From: a virus
Virus record (IMG/VR): IMGVR_UViG_3300047678_000276
Coordinates: 1-64,000 of that record
Direction: 5' to 3' (one strand)
DNA length: 64,000 bases
Positions 27,462 to 37,401 of this stretch are shown here, in pieces; the first letter of the stretch is position 1; every line of letters begins with the position of its first letter. The notes under the pieces were generated by a model. The model was not told where the DNA came from and did not search any database. It saw nothing but the letters and a program-made list of their open reading frames with translations. The position numbers and the translations under genes are program-made.

Positions 27462-27749
27462 TTATTTAAGTGTTGGTACGTGAACATAAGATACCCAAAA
27501 ATGTTCCAGGTTAATTTGTTGTTCGTTGCAGTCCTCCATAAAATTATTCATTTCATATACAAGTATTTCTAAGTCATCGAACGCATCACCATTACCTTCA
27601 TCTCTGCCAACACCATTGCTCTCAACAATTTTCTTTACATCAGCAATAGAAGGCAGTCTTTCTCCTTGAATTAAATTTGCAACCTTTCTACCATTTGAGT
27701 AGCGGTCTACTGGTATTAATACCACCCTGACTTCATATTGTGTTTTCAT
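27462..27749 (-). CDS. hypothetical protein (predicted leaderless)
   Basis: ATG 6 nt after TCTAT. Confidence 0.75.
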   Translation of the reverse strand: MKTQYEVRVVLIPVDRYSNGRKVANLIQGERLPSIADVKKIVESNGVGRDEGNGDAFDDLEILVYEMNNFMEDCNEQQINLEHFWVSYVHVPTLK

Positions 27750-27778
27750 ATTGTTATAGAATTAAAATTAGGGAGAAC

Positions 27779-28621
27779 TTAAAACTTTAATAAAGGTATC
27801 AAGTGATTGTTGAAAGAATCATCCGAACTATCAATGGTATGGCACATTCTTTTTAATTCCTGACAAGCCTTCAAAATCTTTCCTGAGCCACCAAAAGGGT
27901 CCAGCACCCAATCTCCAATCTTTGTCCCCTGAGCAACCAAAGTCTTAATCATTTCATAAGGCTTTGAAGTAGGATATTCTCTTAAGTCAGGAGTTAATTT
28001 AAAGTCCATTATCCATTGGTCAAGATTTTCAACCTTGCCTGACTTACTAAATACATAAATATGTTCCTCAGGCATCAAATACTTGCCCATATTCATGCGA
28101 TTACCATTGCTCCATAGCTTTGTGTAGCTACCAATCTTATCGCATTGCTTAAGGCTTGTCTTATTGAATTGAGACATATATTTGTCATGTGCCGACTTGC
28201 TTGTCTTTCCTGAGGTGAACATGAATAATAAAGGACTTACATCAGTTTTTAAAAGTCCTTCAAGTTTTTGAACAAATGTTCCAAATTCCTCAGGAGATAT
28301 TGTGTCTCTAGCAAATAAATTTCTATTGCCACCTTTTTGACCTGCAGCTGAATATGGAATATCCAAGAAGATAAAATCAAATAAGTCCCCTTCTGAACTT
28401 ATCCTATCAATAACTTCAAGGGAGTTTCCATGTTCGATTATTGCTTGCTCCGATACATATAAGCCTTTGCCCACACGTTGAATGCCTTTGCCTAGACTGT
28501 CATATACTCTCCCTCGAACAGTGGTTTTTGCGATTTCAGGAAACTTTGTATAGATTTCCTGCATTGTCATTTTATCATTGCTATTATTTAATAGCGCTAA
28601 GATTTTGCTTTTTAAACTCAT
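27779..28621 (-). CDS. N6-adenine/N4-cytosine DNA methyltransferase (beta class) with N-terminal HTH
   Basis: DIPY catalytic motif, YPTSKP, VLDPFGGSG. Confidence 0.88.
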   Translation of the reverse strand: MSLKSKILALLNNSNDKMTMQEIYTKFPEIAKTTVRGRVYDSLGKGIQRVGKGLYVSEQAIIEHGNSLEVIDRISSEGDLFDFIFLDIPYSAAGQKGGNRNLFARDTISPEEFGTFVQKLEGLLKTDVSPLLFMFTSGKTSKSAHDKYMSQFNKTSLKQCDKIGSYTKLWSNGNRMNMGKYLMPEEHIYVFSKSGKVENLDQWIMDFKLTPDLREYPTSKPYEMIKTLVAQGTKIGDWVLDPFGGSGKILKACQELKRMCHTIDSSDDSFNNHLIPLLKF

Positions 28622-28695
28622 GGTTTGTTTGTTTGTTATATGAATAGAAACAAAAAAGGGAGAACTTAAAAATTCTCCATTTGTTTTTTAACTTT

Positions 28696-29445
28696 TTATT
28701 TAAGGACCTTCACCTTGGTAGGGAGCGTTCGAATTGCAAACCCTGTATCAAAAGCTTGTTGTTTGCCTTTTGTATTTTTAAACTTCAAACCAACAATAAC
28801 ACCTTCTTTGTCTAAGAAACGCAAGTCCGTTTCGTCTCCATCTATAACCTTAAAGCCTTCAAACTTTTTTGGTGGAGTGTCAAATACCATTGCTACCTTA
28901 ATACCTTTCTTAAGCAACTCAATTGATTTATCATGATTGTATTCTGAACGAGAAAATAAAAGTGAGTAATTTTTTGGCATTGCTTGTTCAAAGCGAAGAT
29001 GATTTTTTGTATAATCATAGAATTGAACATTTGGAAACAACTCAAAGATATTTTTGTTATCCTTAATTTTAAACTTCTCCCAACGAATATCAGAGGTTCC
29101 GTTTAAACGAATTGCCACATTATCATTTTTGTGTCTCTTCTCAATTAAGATTAACTCTCTGTAGATCTGTTCCATAAAAGCCGTTCTGTCTGCAAGAAAA
29201 TATTCTGTCTTATTTAATCTCGCACGTTCCACGCTTGTAAAGCGACCACGTCCTGCTCCAACTAAACACGAAGCAACGCAACCTGCAGATGCATGAGGAC
29301 ATATGTTAATGCCTTTTGAGTTTGCCGTATAAGGAGACATATACATGATATATGTTATCCAACCTTTTTTGAGACCTTTAATTGTTTTTGCGTCTCCATT
29401 GGCATTCAGTAATTTTGTTGGGATGTAGTAATTTGTCTTTTTCAT
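28696..29445 (-). CDS. GP88-like protein (Cys-cluster, radical-SAM-like fold)
   Basis: CP-x-AS-x-GC-x-x-x-CL, RLNGTSD, FYDYTK, DGD-x-x-DLRFLD. Confidence 0.85.
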   Translation of the reverse strand: MKKTNYYIPTKLLNANGDAKTIKGLKKGWITYIMYMSPYTANSKGINICPHASAGCVASCLVGAGRGRFTSVERARLNKTEYFLADRTAFMEQIYRELILIEKRHKNDNVAIRLNGTSDIRWEKFKIKDNKNIFELFPNVQFYDYTKNHLRFEQAMPKNYSLLFSRSEYNHDKSIELLKKGIKVAMVFDTPPKKFEGFKVIDGDETDLRFLDKEGVIVGLKFKNTKGKQQAFDTGFAIRTLPTKVKVLK

Positions 29446-29500
29446 GTTTTGTTTTGGTTTATATGAGTATAGAAAGATATACGTATGAAACTTAAAAAGA

Positions 29501-29668
29501 TTACTCTTCAACTTTATTTTCTATCATGTAGATATACATTTCCATATCAGTCATGTGAAAATAGTCTATATCATTTTCATTAAAAAAATGAATTAACTCC
29601 TGTCTGTCAATTTCTCTATTCACTCTTCTAAGAGCTTCTAAGTCAGGTAAAAGTTTGTATATTGCCAT
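29501..29668 (-). CDS. small hypothetical protein (not in ORF track)
   Basis: hand translation MAIYKLLPDL...KVEE*. Confidence 0.55.
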   Translation of the reverse strand: MAIYKLLPDLEALRRVNREIDRQELIHFFNENDIDYFHMTDMEMYIYMIENKVEE

Positions 29669-29787
29669 GATTTAAAAAAACAACCAGTTTGAGTGTGGAG
29701 AGCTATATTATCCCTTTCAATTCCCGATATTGGCTGGTTGTCTATTATATAGAAACAAACATAGGATAAACTTAAAAATAAAAGTTT

Positions 29788-29821
29788 TTAAGTTTTGATC
29801 AGGAAGTTTCTATATGTTGGC
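29788..29821 (+). repeat. inverted variant class I motif
   Basis: TTAAGTT-N14-TCTAT-ATGTTG-GC. Confidence 0.78.
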
Positions 29822-29972
29822 ACAAAATAAAAAAGGTGCCGAATTATAGGAATAAAAAAAGCCCCTGTTTCCAGGAGCTTCCTAATGATAGTCTACGCAT
29901 TTGGCACTAGTTGCATAGTGGCAACCCATTTGCGGACAGTATCGACCCGCCGTTAAACCTTACATCGACTTA

Positions 29973-30257
29973 TCAATTTTCTTGTAATTCTTTGTGCTGT
30001 TCAGCCAATTCCAAAATTTCGTTTAAAACATCTGTCTTAAGGTCTTCGTATTTTATGTAATCCGAACTAGTTTCGTTCTCATGGACATAAATAACAGCTT
30101 CTATTTTATGAAGTTCAAAACGTTCAGCGAGCATACAAGTATCTTTTCCAAGAGTTTTAATGACAGGACTTGACGTTGCTTCAACATCAGCAGTTGTAAA
30201 TCCACCATAGTTTTCTATGATAGTTTTAATTTTTTTGATTATGTTTGCTTTTTTCAT
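29973..30257 (-). CDS. hypothetical protein (predicted leaderless)
   Basis: ATG 6 nt after TCTAT. Confidence 0.75.
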   Translation of the reverse strand: MKKANIIKKIKTIIENYGGFTTADVEATSSPVIKTLGKDTCMLAERFELHKIEAVIYVHENETSSDYIKYEDLKTDVLNEILELAEQHKELQEN

Positions 30258-30275
30258 ATTGTTATAGAACTAAAT

Positions 30276-30485
30276 TTAAGGATAACTTAAAAAGTCAATG
30301 TCATCACAAAGGATTAATTGATATCTTTCGCCGTCTTTACCAACCCATCTCTCAAAGCCCACATTTGTCCCAGAAGGAACTTTTTTACCTGTAGCTTTAT
30401 AGATATACTCCTGAAAATCTTCTCCATCCTCAGCCTGAACTATGTTCTCTAATGGGACGATCCTTTCTATTGTTTTGCTTGTCAT
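30276..30485 (-). CDS. hypothetical protein
   Basis: packed ORF. Confidence 0.68.
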   Translation of the reverse strand: MTSKTIERIVPLENIVQAEDGEDFQEYIYKATGKKVPSGTNVGFERWVGKDGERYQLILCDDIDFLSYP

Positions 30486-30489
30486 AAAA

Positions 30490-30909
30490 TTATCCCTCTA
30501 ATTCAACGTTAATTTCATATTCCTTTTCGCCCACATAAACTGTGCAACCTATTTCAGCAGCTTCAAAATCGAAGGCATCCTCAATATCCACATCACAATC
30601 AGAGCAATAAAATTCAGCTTTTAATTTGTCGCTTTTTAAATCTTCTTCTGTCAGCTTATAATTATATTCTTTGCCTTCTTCAAAAGTATCAAGGTCAACA
30701 AATAATCTAGCTGAGAATTCAAAATTCTTTCCTTTCTTTCTAGGATTTGTAAAATCTGTGTTATCAGCGTCCAGAATGAAATTTCTGCCGCCAAGGCTTA
30801 ATGTTAATGCCCCTGTGTTTAAAGAGAAACCATTATCAGGCAATGTCTTTAAAATTGGAATTGATACAGAGATTTCCGCAGTTGTTGTGTCTTTGTTTAG
30901 CTTGCTCAT
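30490..30909 (-). CDS. hypothetical protein (start corrected)
   Basis: own class I promoter. Confidence 0.75.
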   Translation of the reverse strand: MSKLNKDTTTAEISVSIPILKTLPDNGFSLNTGALTLSLGGRNFILDADNTDFTNPRKKGKNFEFSARLFVDLDTFEEGKEYNYKLTEEDLKSDKLKAEFYCSDCDVDIEDAFDFEAAEIGCTVYVGEKEYEINVELEG

Positions 30910-30953
30910 GTTTATTTGTTTTATATGTGAATAGAACAAACTTTAGGCAAAAC

Positions 30954-31205
30954 TTAAAAACCCATAATTTTCTTTTTGAGTTCAATGATTGACTCCTTCT
31001 CATTTATAATGTCCATTATTAAAGAAAGAGCATCTGCCGAGTCCAACTTCCCTTTTGAACTGTATCTTTTTTTGACAAAGGCAATAACTTCTGCTCCAGA
31101 AACATTACCGTATAAAACTTTGTGAGCATCTTCTTTGGCCATCATTTGTGAACCAACCAAGATGTGAGTTATTTGGCCGTCTTGGCCTCTTTTTACTGTT
31201 TGCAT
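30954..31205 (-). CDS. hypothetical protein (predicted leaderless)
   Basis: ATG 6 nt after TCTAT. Confidence 0.75.
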   Translation of the reverse strand: MQTVKRGQDGQITHILVGSQMMAKEDAHKVLYGNVSGAEVIAFVKKRYSSKGKLDSADALSLIMDIINEKESIIELKKKIMGF

Positions 31206-31233
31206 ATTGTTATAGAAATTTTATTTGTGAAAC

Positions 31234-31518
31234 TTAAAACAAATGGTATATGATATAATCATCTTTCTTGCCTTCGTCTTTTAAAGACTTAATTTCATCT
31301 TTAAGAGTTTCTATTTCAAAATCATCCAAGCCTAATTCATCTGCACTTTCTAATGCTTCTTCTAAAACATGAAACTGAGTTTCAATCTGTCCTCCGCCAT
31401 CACTTTCAGTTGTATCATCGTGTTTCATTATGAAATCACCTAATTTACTTTGACCTAACTTAAATAGCGTTTGTTCAGTATATTCAATTACCTTAACTCT
31501 GTGCGCTCTAATTCCCAT
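31234..31518 (-). CDS. hypothetical protein
   Basis: own promoter; stop in next motif. Confidence 0.75.
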   Translation of the reverse strand: MGIRAHRVKVIEYTEQTLFKLGQSKLGDFIMKHDDTTESDGGGQIETQFHVLEEALESADELGLDDFEIETLKDEIKSLKDEGKKDDYIIYHLF

Positions 31519-31569
31519 GATTATTTGTTTTTTAGTTTATATATGAATAGAATGTTATTTGATTGAAAC

Positions 31570-32034
31570 TTAAAAGTATTTTATTTTTGTCCAAGCAATA
31601 GGAGTTATTTTATATCCTTTACCATCGCTACCAACAACGAACAACCCCTCATTATCATAAACAGGATATTCTTCTCCTTTGATAAATTTGTCGTTTACTG
31701 AAAGTTTTGCTAATTGTCCTGTGAATTTATCTCCTTTAAACTTCATTGTGCCTATGGCAAATAAAGGACGCATTGGAAAGTTTTTTGGTACAGCAGGAAA
31801 AATAACTCTTAATTGTTTTTCTGTAAGATAATTTCTTTGTGGAATAACCATTGATATTTCACTATCAATACTTAGATTATGAGTTACTGCCCAAGTAAAG
31901 ATTTTATGCACTTCATTTACAGGAGTTGTAAATCCATGAGGGAGTTTTTCTCCTTTGAATATCAATTTGGCCGCATCTGTTTGAGGCTTAATTATTGCTT
32001 GCTTGCCGTTTTTTGTTATAATGATGTCTTTCAT
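31570..32034 (-). CDS. hypothetical protein
   Basis: own promoter; stop in next motif. Confidence 0.78.
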   Translation of the reverse strand: MKDIIITKNGKQAIIKPQTDAAKLIFKGEKLPHGFTTPVNEVHKIFTWAVTHNLSIDSEISMVIPQRNYLTEKQLRVIFPAVPKNFPMRPLFAIGTMKFKGDKFTGQLAKLSVNDKFIKGEEYPVYDNEGLFVVGSDGKGYKITPIAWTKIKYF

Positions 32035-32088
32035 GTTTGTTTGGTTTTGTATATGAATAGAATGATTTACAGGGAGAACTTAAAAACT

Positions 32089-32304
32089 TTACATTGCTTT
32101 ATTCCATTGCCGATTAACAAGGTCATAAAAATCCAGGATCTCCTTATCAGTTATCCACCCATCAGCAAAATCATCATTTGTCAAATCAGAAACATGAACG
32201 TTCCTGAACTCAACATTCTTCCACTTCATTGTTTGCTTTGTGGATTGTCCACCATCCTTCTGAATGATGTACATTATTCTTTCAATCATTAAATGCTTAA
32301 ACAT
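32089..32304 (-). CDS. hypothetical protein
   Basis: coupled to 32297-32446. Confidence 0.68.
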   Translation of the reverse strand: MFKHLMIERIMYIIQKDGGQSTKQTMKWKNVEFRNVHVSDLTNDDFADGWITDKEILDFYDLVNRQWNKAM

Positions 32305-32446
32305 TGGCTTTTATTTTAACGAGTGTATAAGGTCTGTCCCAACATTCTCTAATCCATTTCTTTGCAGATGCAATACTTTTAAATTCGCCAGTTAAGATTT
32401 CTCTTCTAGAACCATGCAGTCTTATTTTGCATTTTTGTGCTTTCAT
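32297..32446 (-). CDS. 49-aa protein (predicted leaderless, not in ORF track)
   Basis: ATG 6 nt after TCTAT; MKAQKCKIRL... Confidence 0.65.
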   Translation of the reverse strand: MKAQKCKIRLHGSRREILTGEFKSIASAKKWIRECWDRPYTLVKIKANV

Positions 32447-32474
32447 ATTGGTATAGAATTAAATTAGATGAAAC

Positions 32475-32690
32475 TTAAAAATTATTATCGACAAGCCAAT
32501 TAATTACTTCGTTATCGAATTTTATATTCTCCTCTTCATCCTCAATATCAGGGATTTCTAATCCAACGATTGAGCCTAAGCGCTCCCCATCTTTAAATAC
32601 TTCGACTCCACTCAAATCAGGGTCTACATCAGTGAATGATTGGCATTGATATTCATCGCCAAATTGGAATACAGATTTTTGATTTTTCAT
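32475..32690 (-). CDS. hypothetical protein
   Basis: stop in next motif. Confidence 0.72.
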   Translation of the reverse strand: MKNQKSVFQFGDEYQCQSFTDVDPDLSGVEVFKDGERLGSIVGLEIPDIEDEEENIKFDNEVINWLVDNNF

Positions 32691-32695
32691 ATCTT

Positions 32696-32914
32696 TTATT
32701 TTTTAATTTCACGTAATCCACAAGGGACTAATTTAATTTTTGGAAATTGTTTTTCAGGAGTCCAAGTTTTAGCTTCTCTTTCTTCTAGCCAATAAGTTGC
32801 TTCGTTAATATCTTTTACAAAAGTTGTAACAAAAGTGCCTCCAGTTTTCTTTTTATTTGTACTTATTTTTAGATAAGTATTATTTATTTTATAGACGTAA
32901 AATACTGTTTTCAT
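32696..32914 (-). CDS. hypothetical protein (predicted leaderless)
   Basis: ATG 6 nt after TCTAT. Confidence 0.72.
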   Translation of the reverse strand: MKTVFYVYKINNTYLKISTNKKKTGGTFVTTFVKDINEATYWLEEREAKTWTPEKQFPKIKLVPCGLREIKK

Positions 32915-32967
32915 ATTGGTATAGAAATAAAAAAGAGGGGAACTTAAAAATCCCCTCTTTTAATTTG

Positions 32968-33477
32968 TTATAATTTAATTCCCAATTTCTCCAAGTTCGT
33001 ATTTAAAAATACTTCTCCTTTTTTAAACTCCATTTTATATTTGTTAATGTACGTTTGTAATTGAGCCAAAGGAATTTGAGATAATGGAACTTTAAACTTT
33101 ACTTGTTGATAGCGAAAGCCATTTGGAACACCCCACATAATAGACTTCTCCATTTGCTTCTCCATTTTCTTTTCGCCTTTATTTTTTAACTCAGCTTCAA
33201 CCAAATCATCAACGAAGTTTATTAAATTCATTTTGATTTCAAATGGCTTACCACTAAGTCCATCCAATACAGTTGGAGGGAGAGATTTACAGAATTCTTC
33301 TGCCTTTTTTAGCATACCATTGTTATTTGATGCAGGATGATAATAGGTCTCCCCCCCATGCCCATCATTTTTTGCATGAGCAACTAGAACTCCATTAGCA
33401 TAAACGTCTGAAACAAAAGCATTTGTTTCTTCACTCATTCTTTCAAAGAATTGGAACTTTTTTAATTCAATTTTCAT
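32968..33477 (-). CDS. conserved hypothetical protein (SEET-x-AF...NDG-x-GG-x-T)
   Basis: family motif; own promoter. Confidence 0.8.
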   Translation of the reverse strand: MKIELKKFQFFERMSEETNAFVSDVYANGVLVAHAKNDGHGGETYYHPASNNNGMLKKAEEFCKSLPPTVLDGLSGKPFEIKMNLINFVDDLVEAELKNKGEKKMEKQMEKSIMWGVPNGFRYQQVKFKVPLSQIPLAQLQTYINKYKMEFKKGEVFLNTNLEKLGIKL

Positions 33478-33562
33478 ATATTGTTTTTTTAAGGTTATAC
33501 ATGAATAGAAACAAAAAAGGAGAAACTTAAAATTTCCCCTCTTTTAATTTGTTAAATTTTTA

Positions 33563-34114
33563 TTATTCTGCTGCCCAACCAAAGAATACAAATGTACCTT
33601 CTTTTTCGCTTGTAGATTGTTTATAGCTTACTTCTGCAACTTTTGAACCTCCGCCATCCAAAACTTTTTCCATGTGAATAGAGCAACGTGTTTGATTTTT
33701 TTCAGCATAAGCACGTGCAACCTTAACTGCATCGCCTTTTGTACGTTTTGAGTCAATGGTTCCGTTTCTGTCTGATACAACAAACTTCAATACCCACTTC
33801 TTTGTACCTTTACTTACAATATGTTCAACTTGGCTCTTAACCTTATTTGTATTGCCTTTTGGTTGTTCAATACAGATCGCCAGGCAAGAACCCCATTTTT
33901 CTGCTCTGTCAATATTCTTATTGATAAAGGCATTTAATTCTTGTTTACTACGTTTAAATTCATCAGTAACGTCTCTGAAACCATGTGTGGTTGAAATTGT
34001 GCCATTGTAACCATCTTGATGTCCGTATTCCTCTCTTGCATCTTCGCAAGCTCTGTTATACGCATCATTCATTGTTTTACCTCTTCTTTTTGTTGTGAAA
34101 CTACAAGCTCCCAT
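33563..34114 (-). CDS. conserved phage protein (MGA...YGH-x-x-GYNGTIST...FFGWAAE)
   Basis: family motif; own promoter. Confidence 0.82.
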   Translation of the reverse strand: MGACSFTTKRRGKTMNDAYNRACEDAREEYGHQDGYNGTISTTHGFRDVTDEFKRSKQELNAFINKNIDRAEKWGSCLAICIEQPKGNTNKVKSQVEHIVSKGTKKWVLKFVVSDRNGTIDSKRTKGDAVKVARAYAEKNQTRCSIHMEKVLDGGGSKVAEVSYKQSTSEKEGTFVFFGWAAE

Positions 34115-34175
34115 TTTGTTTTAGTTTTTATTGGTTTATATGAGTATAGAATGAATTGTTATTGAAACTTAAAAA

Positions 34176-34586
34176 CTATTTTCCACGTGGATATAAAAAT
34201 GAAATATCTTTATTTTTTTCTTTGCACCATTGTATTAAAACTTTGCTTGCATTTAAATACTCTGCATGGCTTATTTTCTCAGGTTTAAGACTACCAAATA
34301 CTTTAACACCCTCATTGTCCCAAAAAGCAGTATAAAGGCTCTTAGACGTTTTAAATGGCTTTGACAAGGTAGCATCATCAACATTAGCATTGTGAAACCC
34401 AATCCAAGTAAAATCTTTTAATTGAAAGAATGTGTGGCAATGATTTCCACCCGATTGAAAAGATGAGGTAATGCCGTTTAATTGGTCAGTGTATTTGTTT
34501 AATGTTTTATACACTTTTTTCTTTTCATCTTCGTTGAAACCAATTAGGTTATTATCAACCAATGTTTTTATATATGCTTTTTCCAT
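34176..34586 (-). CDS. hypothetical protein (predicted leaderless)
   Basis: ATG 6 nt after TCTAT. Confidence 0.75.
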   Translation of the reverse strand: MEKAYIKTLVDNNLIGFNEDEKKKVYKTLNKYTDQLNGITSSFQSGGNHCHTFFQLKDFTWIGFHNANVDDATLSKPFKTSKSLYTAFWDNEGVKVFGSLKPEKISHAEYLNASKVLIQWCKEKNKDISFLYPRGK

Positions 34587-34622
34587 ATTAGTATAGAATT
34601 AAAATTAGGGAGAACTTAAAAA

Positions 34623-34973
34623 TTATAATGCTCTTACTGAACTCTCAGAAATAATTGTATTCATTTTTGGAGTTTTTACTGTATAGGCATATCCCTTGAA
34701 TTTTGAGATGTGAGTACGAGCCTTTATGATTATTTCACCCAAGTCAGATTGAGGCATTTCAATGGTTAAAGTCTCTCCATCAAACGTATAAGGCAATCTA
34801 ATGCTGTTTATGGTTGACTCTAATGTTGTCAAGCCACCAACTTTAAATTCGCCATTACGATCCAGTTCATGGAATATCTTTTCTACTTCAGTGATCTCTC
34901 CTTCGTTTTCGCCGTAAAGATTTTTGCTCGTCATCCTTACTTTATCGCCGACTTTATATTTTGGTTGCTTCAT
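34623..34973 (-). CDS. hypothetical protein, KOW/SH3-like N-terminus (predicted leaderless)
   Basis: KYKVGDKV; ATG 6 nt after TCTAT. Confidence 0.75.
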   Translation of the reverse strand: MKQPKYKVGDKVRMTSKNLYGENEGEITEVEKIFHELDRNGEFKVGGLTTLESTINSIRLPYTFDGETLTIEMPQSDLGEIIIKARTHISKFKGYAYTVKTPKMNTIISESSVRAL

Positions 34974-35001
34974 ATTGGAATAGAATGAAATTTAATAGAA
35001 C

Positions 35002-35247
35002 TTAAAAATCAGTTAAACATAAATGAGGATTTGCCTTAAGAACGTCTTTTAACTGTTCTTGTTTTTCTGCAATCTCCTGCTCTACAGTCATTGTAGCTTC
35101 CCATATATCAACTTTTTTGAGCATATAGTATGTCAAGTCCCAAACCTTGCGAATTAGCTTCAAGGCTTCTTTTTCAGAATTGGCATGAATGTCATATGCA
35201 TTCCAACTGCCAGGTAATTGATATTTATAGCGTATCATATTAAGCAA
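35002..35247 (-). CDS. hypothetical protein
   Basis: stop in next motif. Confidence 0.7.
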   Translation of the reverse strand: MLNMIRYKYQLPGSWNAYDIHANSEKEALKLIRKVWDLTYYMLKKVDIWEATMTVEQEIAEKQEQLKDVLKANPHLCLTDF

Positions 35248-35470
35248 TTTTACAACGTTTTCTCACCAATTCATTAAATACTTGTTGAGTTACTTTAAAG
35301 TTTCCTTTTGGATGCCTACGACCATTCTTTGTTAATTGGTAATAGCCCTTGCCGAATATACCTGTCCACTTCCATTCCCAGAAATGTTGTATGTCCCCTT
35401 TTTCTCCGACGTATTCATAAACAACTTTTGGATGTTCTTTTAAAAAGTCTATGTATTTTGGTGTTTCCAT
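35240..35470 (-). CDS. hypothetical protein (predicted leaderless)
   Basis: ATG 6 nt after TCTAT. Confidence 0.72.
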   Translation of the reverse strand: METPKYIDFLKEHPKVVYEYVGEKGDIQHFWEWKWTGIFGKGYYQLTKNGRRHPKGNFKVTQQVFNELVRKRCKIA

Positions 35471-35505
35471 ATTAAGATAGAATGAAATTATTTGAAACTT
35501 AAAAA

Positions 35506-35715
35506 TTAAAGTTCATCTATTGTATCTAAATACAAAATAGAGTCATTTAGAGTGATGTACTCTCGTTCTTCCATCTCAGCGTCATACCAAACTTTAAACC
35601 ATCCCAATTCGCCTTTAATATCGTCATGGAGGCATATAACATCTCCTTTGTGTTCAAAGAATAGATTTTCTTCTGAAGAAATATCAGCGTGTTCAATTGT
35701 TTTTATTTTTCCCAT
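35506..35715 (-). CDS. hypothetical protein (predicted leaderless)
   Basis: ATG 6 nt after TCTAT. Confidence 0.72.
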   Translation of the reverse strand: MGKIKTIEHADISSEENLFFEHKGDVICLHDDIKGELGWFKVWYDAEMEEREYITLNDSILYLDTIDEL

Positions 35716-35751
35716 GATAACATAGAAACAAATAAAAAGGAAACTTAAAAA

Positions 35752-36015
35752 CTAAAGTTCATCAATATCAACCAACTCTCCATCAACCTCAATGAATTGG
35801 AATTCACTTTCATCCTCCCATGCAGTCCAATAAGAGTCTGTCTCTCCATCTGCATACATTTCCTTCCATTCTTTTTTGGTGTAATGTTTATGGAGACATT
35901 TATCAGAACAATAATACTCCTCTCCTCCGTTTACAACAAAGCCTTCATTCATGCCTTGTTCACATTCATCGCATTTGCGTGCGTATTTCAGATTGGTTAA
36001 ATTTTTCTTGCTCAT
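35752..36015 (-). CDS. small zinc-finger protein (start corrected, predicted leaderless)
   Basis: C-x-x-C...YCS-x-x-C; ATG 6 nt after TCTAT. Confidence 0.78.
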   Translation of the reverse strand: MSKKNLTNLKYARKCDECEQGMNEGFVVNGGEEYYCSDKCLHKHYTKKEWKEMYADGETDSYWTAWEDESEFQFIEVDGELVDIDEL

Positions 36016-36061
36016 GTATGAATAGAACCAAAACAAGGGAGAACTTAAAAAGAAAAAGTTT

Positions 36062-36095
36062 TTAAGTTTGGGCCAGAAACTTTCTATTTGTTGGC
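36062..36095 (+). repeat. inverted variant class I motif
   Basis: TTAAGTT-N14-TCTAT-TTGTTG-GC. Confidence 0.78.
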
Positions 36096-36197
36096 GCTTA
36101 GGATCCAGATCTGAAAAAGGGAGAGAAAACAAAAAACCCCTCCTTGTGAGAGGGGCTTTTCGAACCAAACCAAAACTAAGAGAACCACCACTTAGTG

Positions 36198-36488
36198 CTA
36201 TTTATAAAAGAAACATTTTCTTTCAGGAATTTCTTTGCCTTTCCAGGCGCATTTATACATTTCTAATAACTCATCCAAAGACGAACTTTTAAGACGATGA
36301 CTGCGAAACTTACCTTTCTTATCAGTGTAGTTTACACAATAAGTAACTCCGCCGACAAACTCAATAACACGTGTATCTCTATTGAACTTGCGTTCTAATC
36401 TTTCAAATTCTTTTTCAGAGAACACAACATCAGCTGCTTGTATTTTAACAGTCTTTGAACCGTCTTTTGTATTTACTGTAGCTTTCAT
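36198..36488 (-). CDS. hypothetical protein
   Basis: packed ORF. Confidence 0.72.
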   Translation of the reverse strand: MKATVNTKDGSKTVKIQAADVVFSEKEFERLERKFNRDTRVIEFVGGVTYCVNYTDKKGKFRSHRLKSSSLDELLEMYKCAWKGKEIPERKCFFYK

Positions 36489-36491
36489 ATC

Positions 36492-36860
36492 TTAAATACT
36501 CTTTGAGTTAATTTTAATCAATTCATCTGCCTTGCCCATTTTAACGAAGTCGCAAATAATATCAACTCCTTCGTTTGTTTTTGGATTAATCCAAAAGAAC
36601 ATTTCAAGACTTTCAATTTGTTCCACTTGCCAACTTGTGCCATGCGTACACCATTTCTTTGTGTGAGTTACGAATGTGTCCCCAAGTTCAATAATTTCTT
36701 CTTTATATTCAACCTCAATCTCATCCAAACACACATTGAATTGGATTGCCATTGTGCATTTTAAATCCTCGATTTCACATAGACTTTGTTCGTCTGCATT
36801 TACTGAGGTAATAATTTCATTGTTTATTCTAAAAATGGTTCTTCTGATTTTGTGTAACAT
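36492..36860 (-). CDS. hypothetical protein
   Basis: own promoter. Confidence 0.72.
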   Translation of the reverse strand: MLHKIRRTIFRINNEIITSVNADEQSLCEIEDLKCTMAIQFNVCLDEIEVEYKEEIIELGDTFVTHTKKWCTHGTSWQVEQIESLEMFFWINPKTNEGVDIICDFVKMGKADELIKINSKSI

Positions 36861-36921
36861 TTGTTTTTGGTTTATTTGGTTATATGAGTATAGAATGATT
36901 TGTTATAAGAACTTAAAAATA

Positions 36922-37122
36922 TTAAGGAAAAGTTCGCCAAGCCTTTTCTATATTCACAACCCAATCCTCAACTTTTTTTGGATCGACACCTGCGCCCAAT
37001 TTCCTTAAGGCTTCTTTAAAAAGAACTTGTTTAAAACTTCCTGGCATACTAAAATTTACCTCATCAGCATACATGATGACAAGTCCGTTTCTGTGTTCTT
37101 CTTTTGTAATTGTTTTTCCCAT
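36922..37122 (-). CDS. hypothetical protein (predicted leaderless)
   Basis: ATG 6 nt after TCTAT. Confidence 0.72.
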   Translation of the reverse strand: MGKTITKEEHRNGLVIMYADEVNFSMPGSFKQVLFKEALRKLGAGVDPKKVEDWVVNIEKAWRTFP

Positions 37123-37151
37123 GTTTATATAGAATGATTTGTTGTAATAAC

Positions 37152-37364
37152 TTAAAAACGTTTTAAGTGAAATTCAGTCCCTCTATCATCAATAACTCGA
37201 TAGATTATGTTTTCCACAATTAAATCCCATGTCCCCGTAGGGTCATTTTCTTCTTCTCCAGGATATTCATCTATAATGAATTGGATTTCTTCATCAGTTA
37301 CTTCTTGTTTGATTGACTGTGCAACGTTCTTAACGTCCTCAGGAGTTATTTTTGGTGTTTCCAT
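37152..37364 (-). CDS. hypothetical protein (start corrected, predicted leaderless)
   Basis: ATG 6 nt after TCTAT; stop in next motif. Confidence 0.72.
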   Translation of the reverse strand: METPKITPEDVKNVAQSIKQEVTDEEIQFIIDEYPGEEENDPTGTWDLIVENIIYRVIDDRGTEFHLKRF

Positions 37365-37401
37365 GATAAGATAGAATATGAACTGGACCAAACTTAAAAA
37401 G

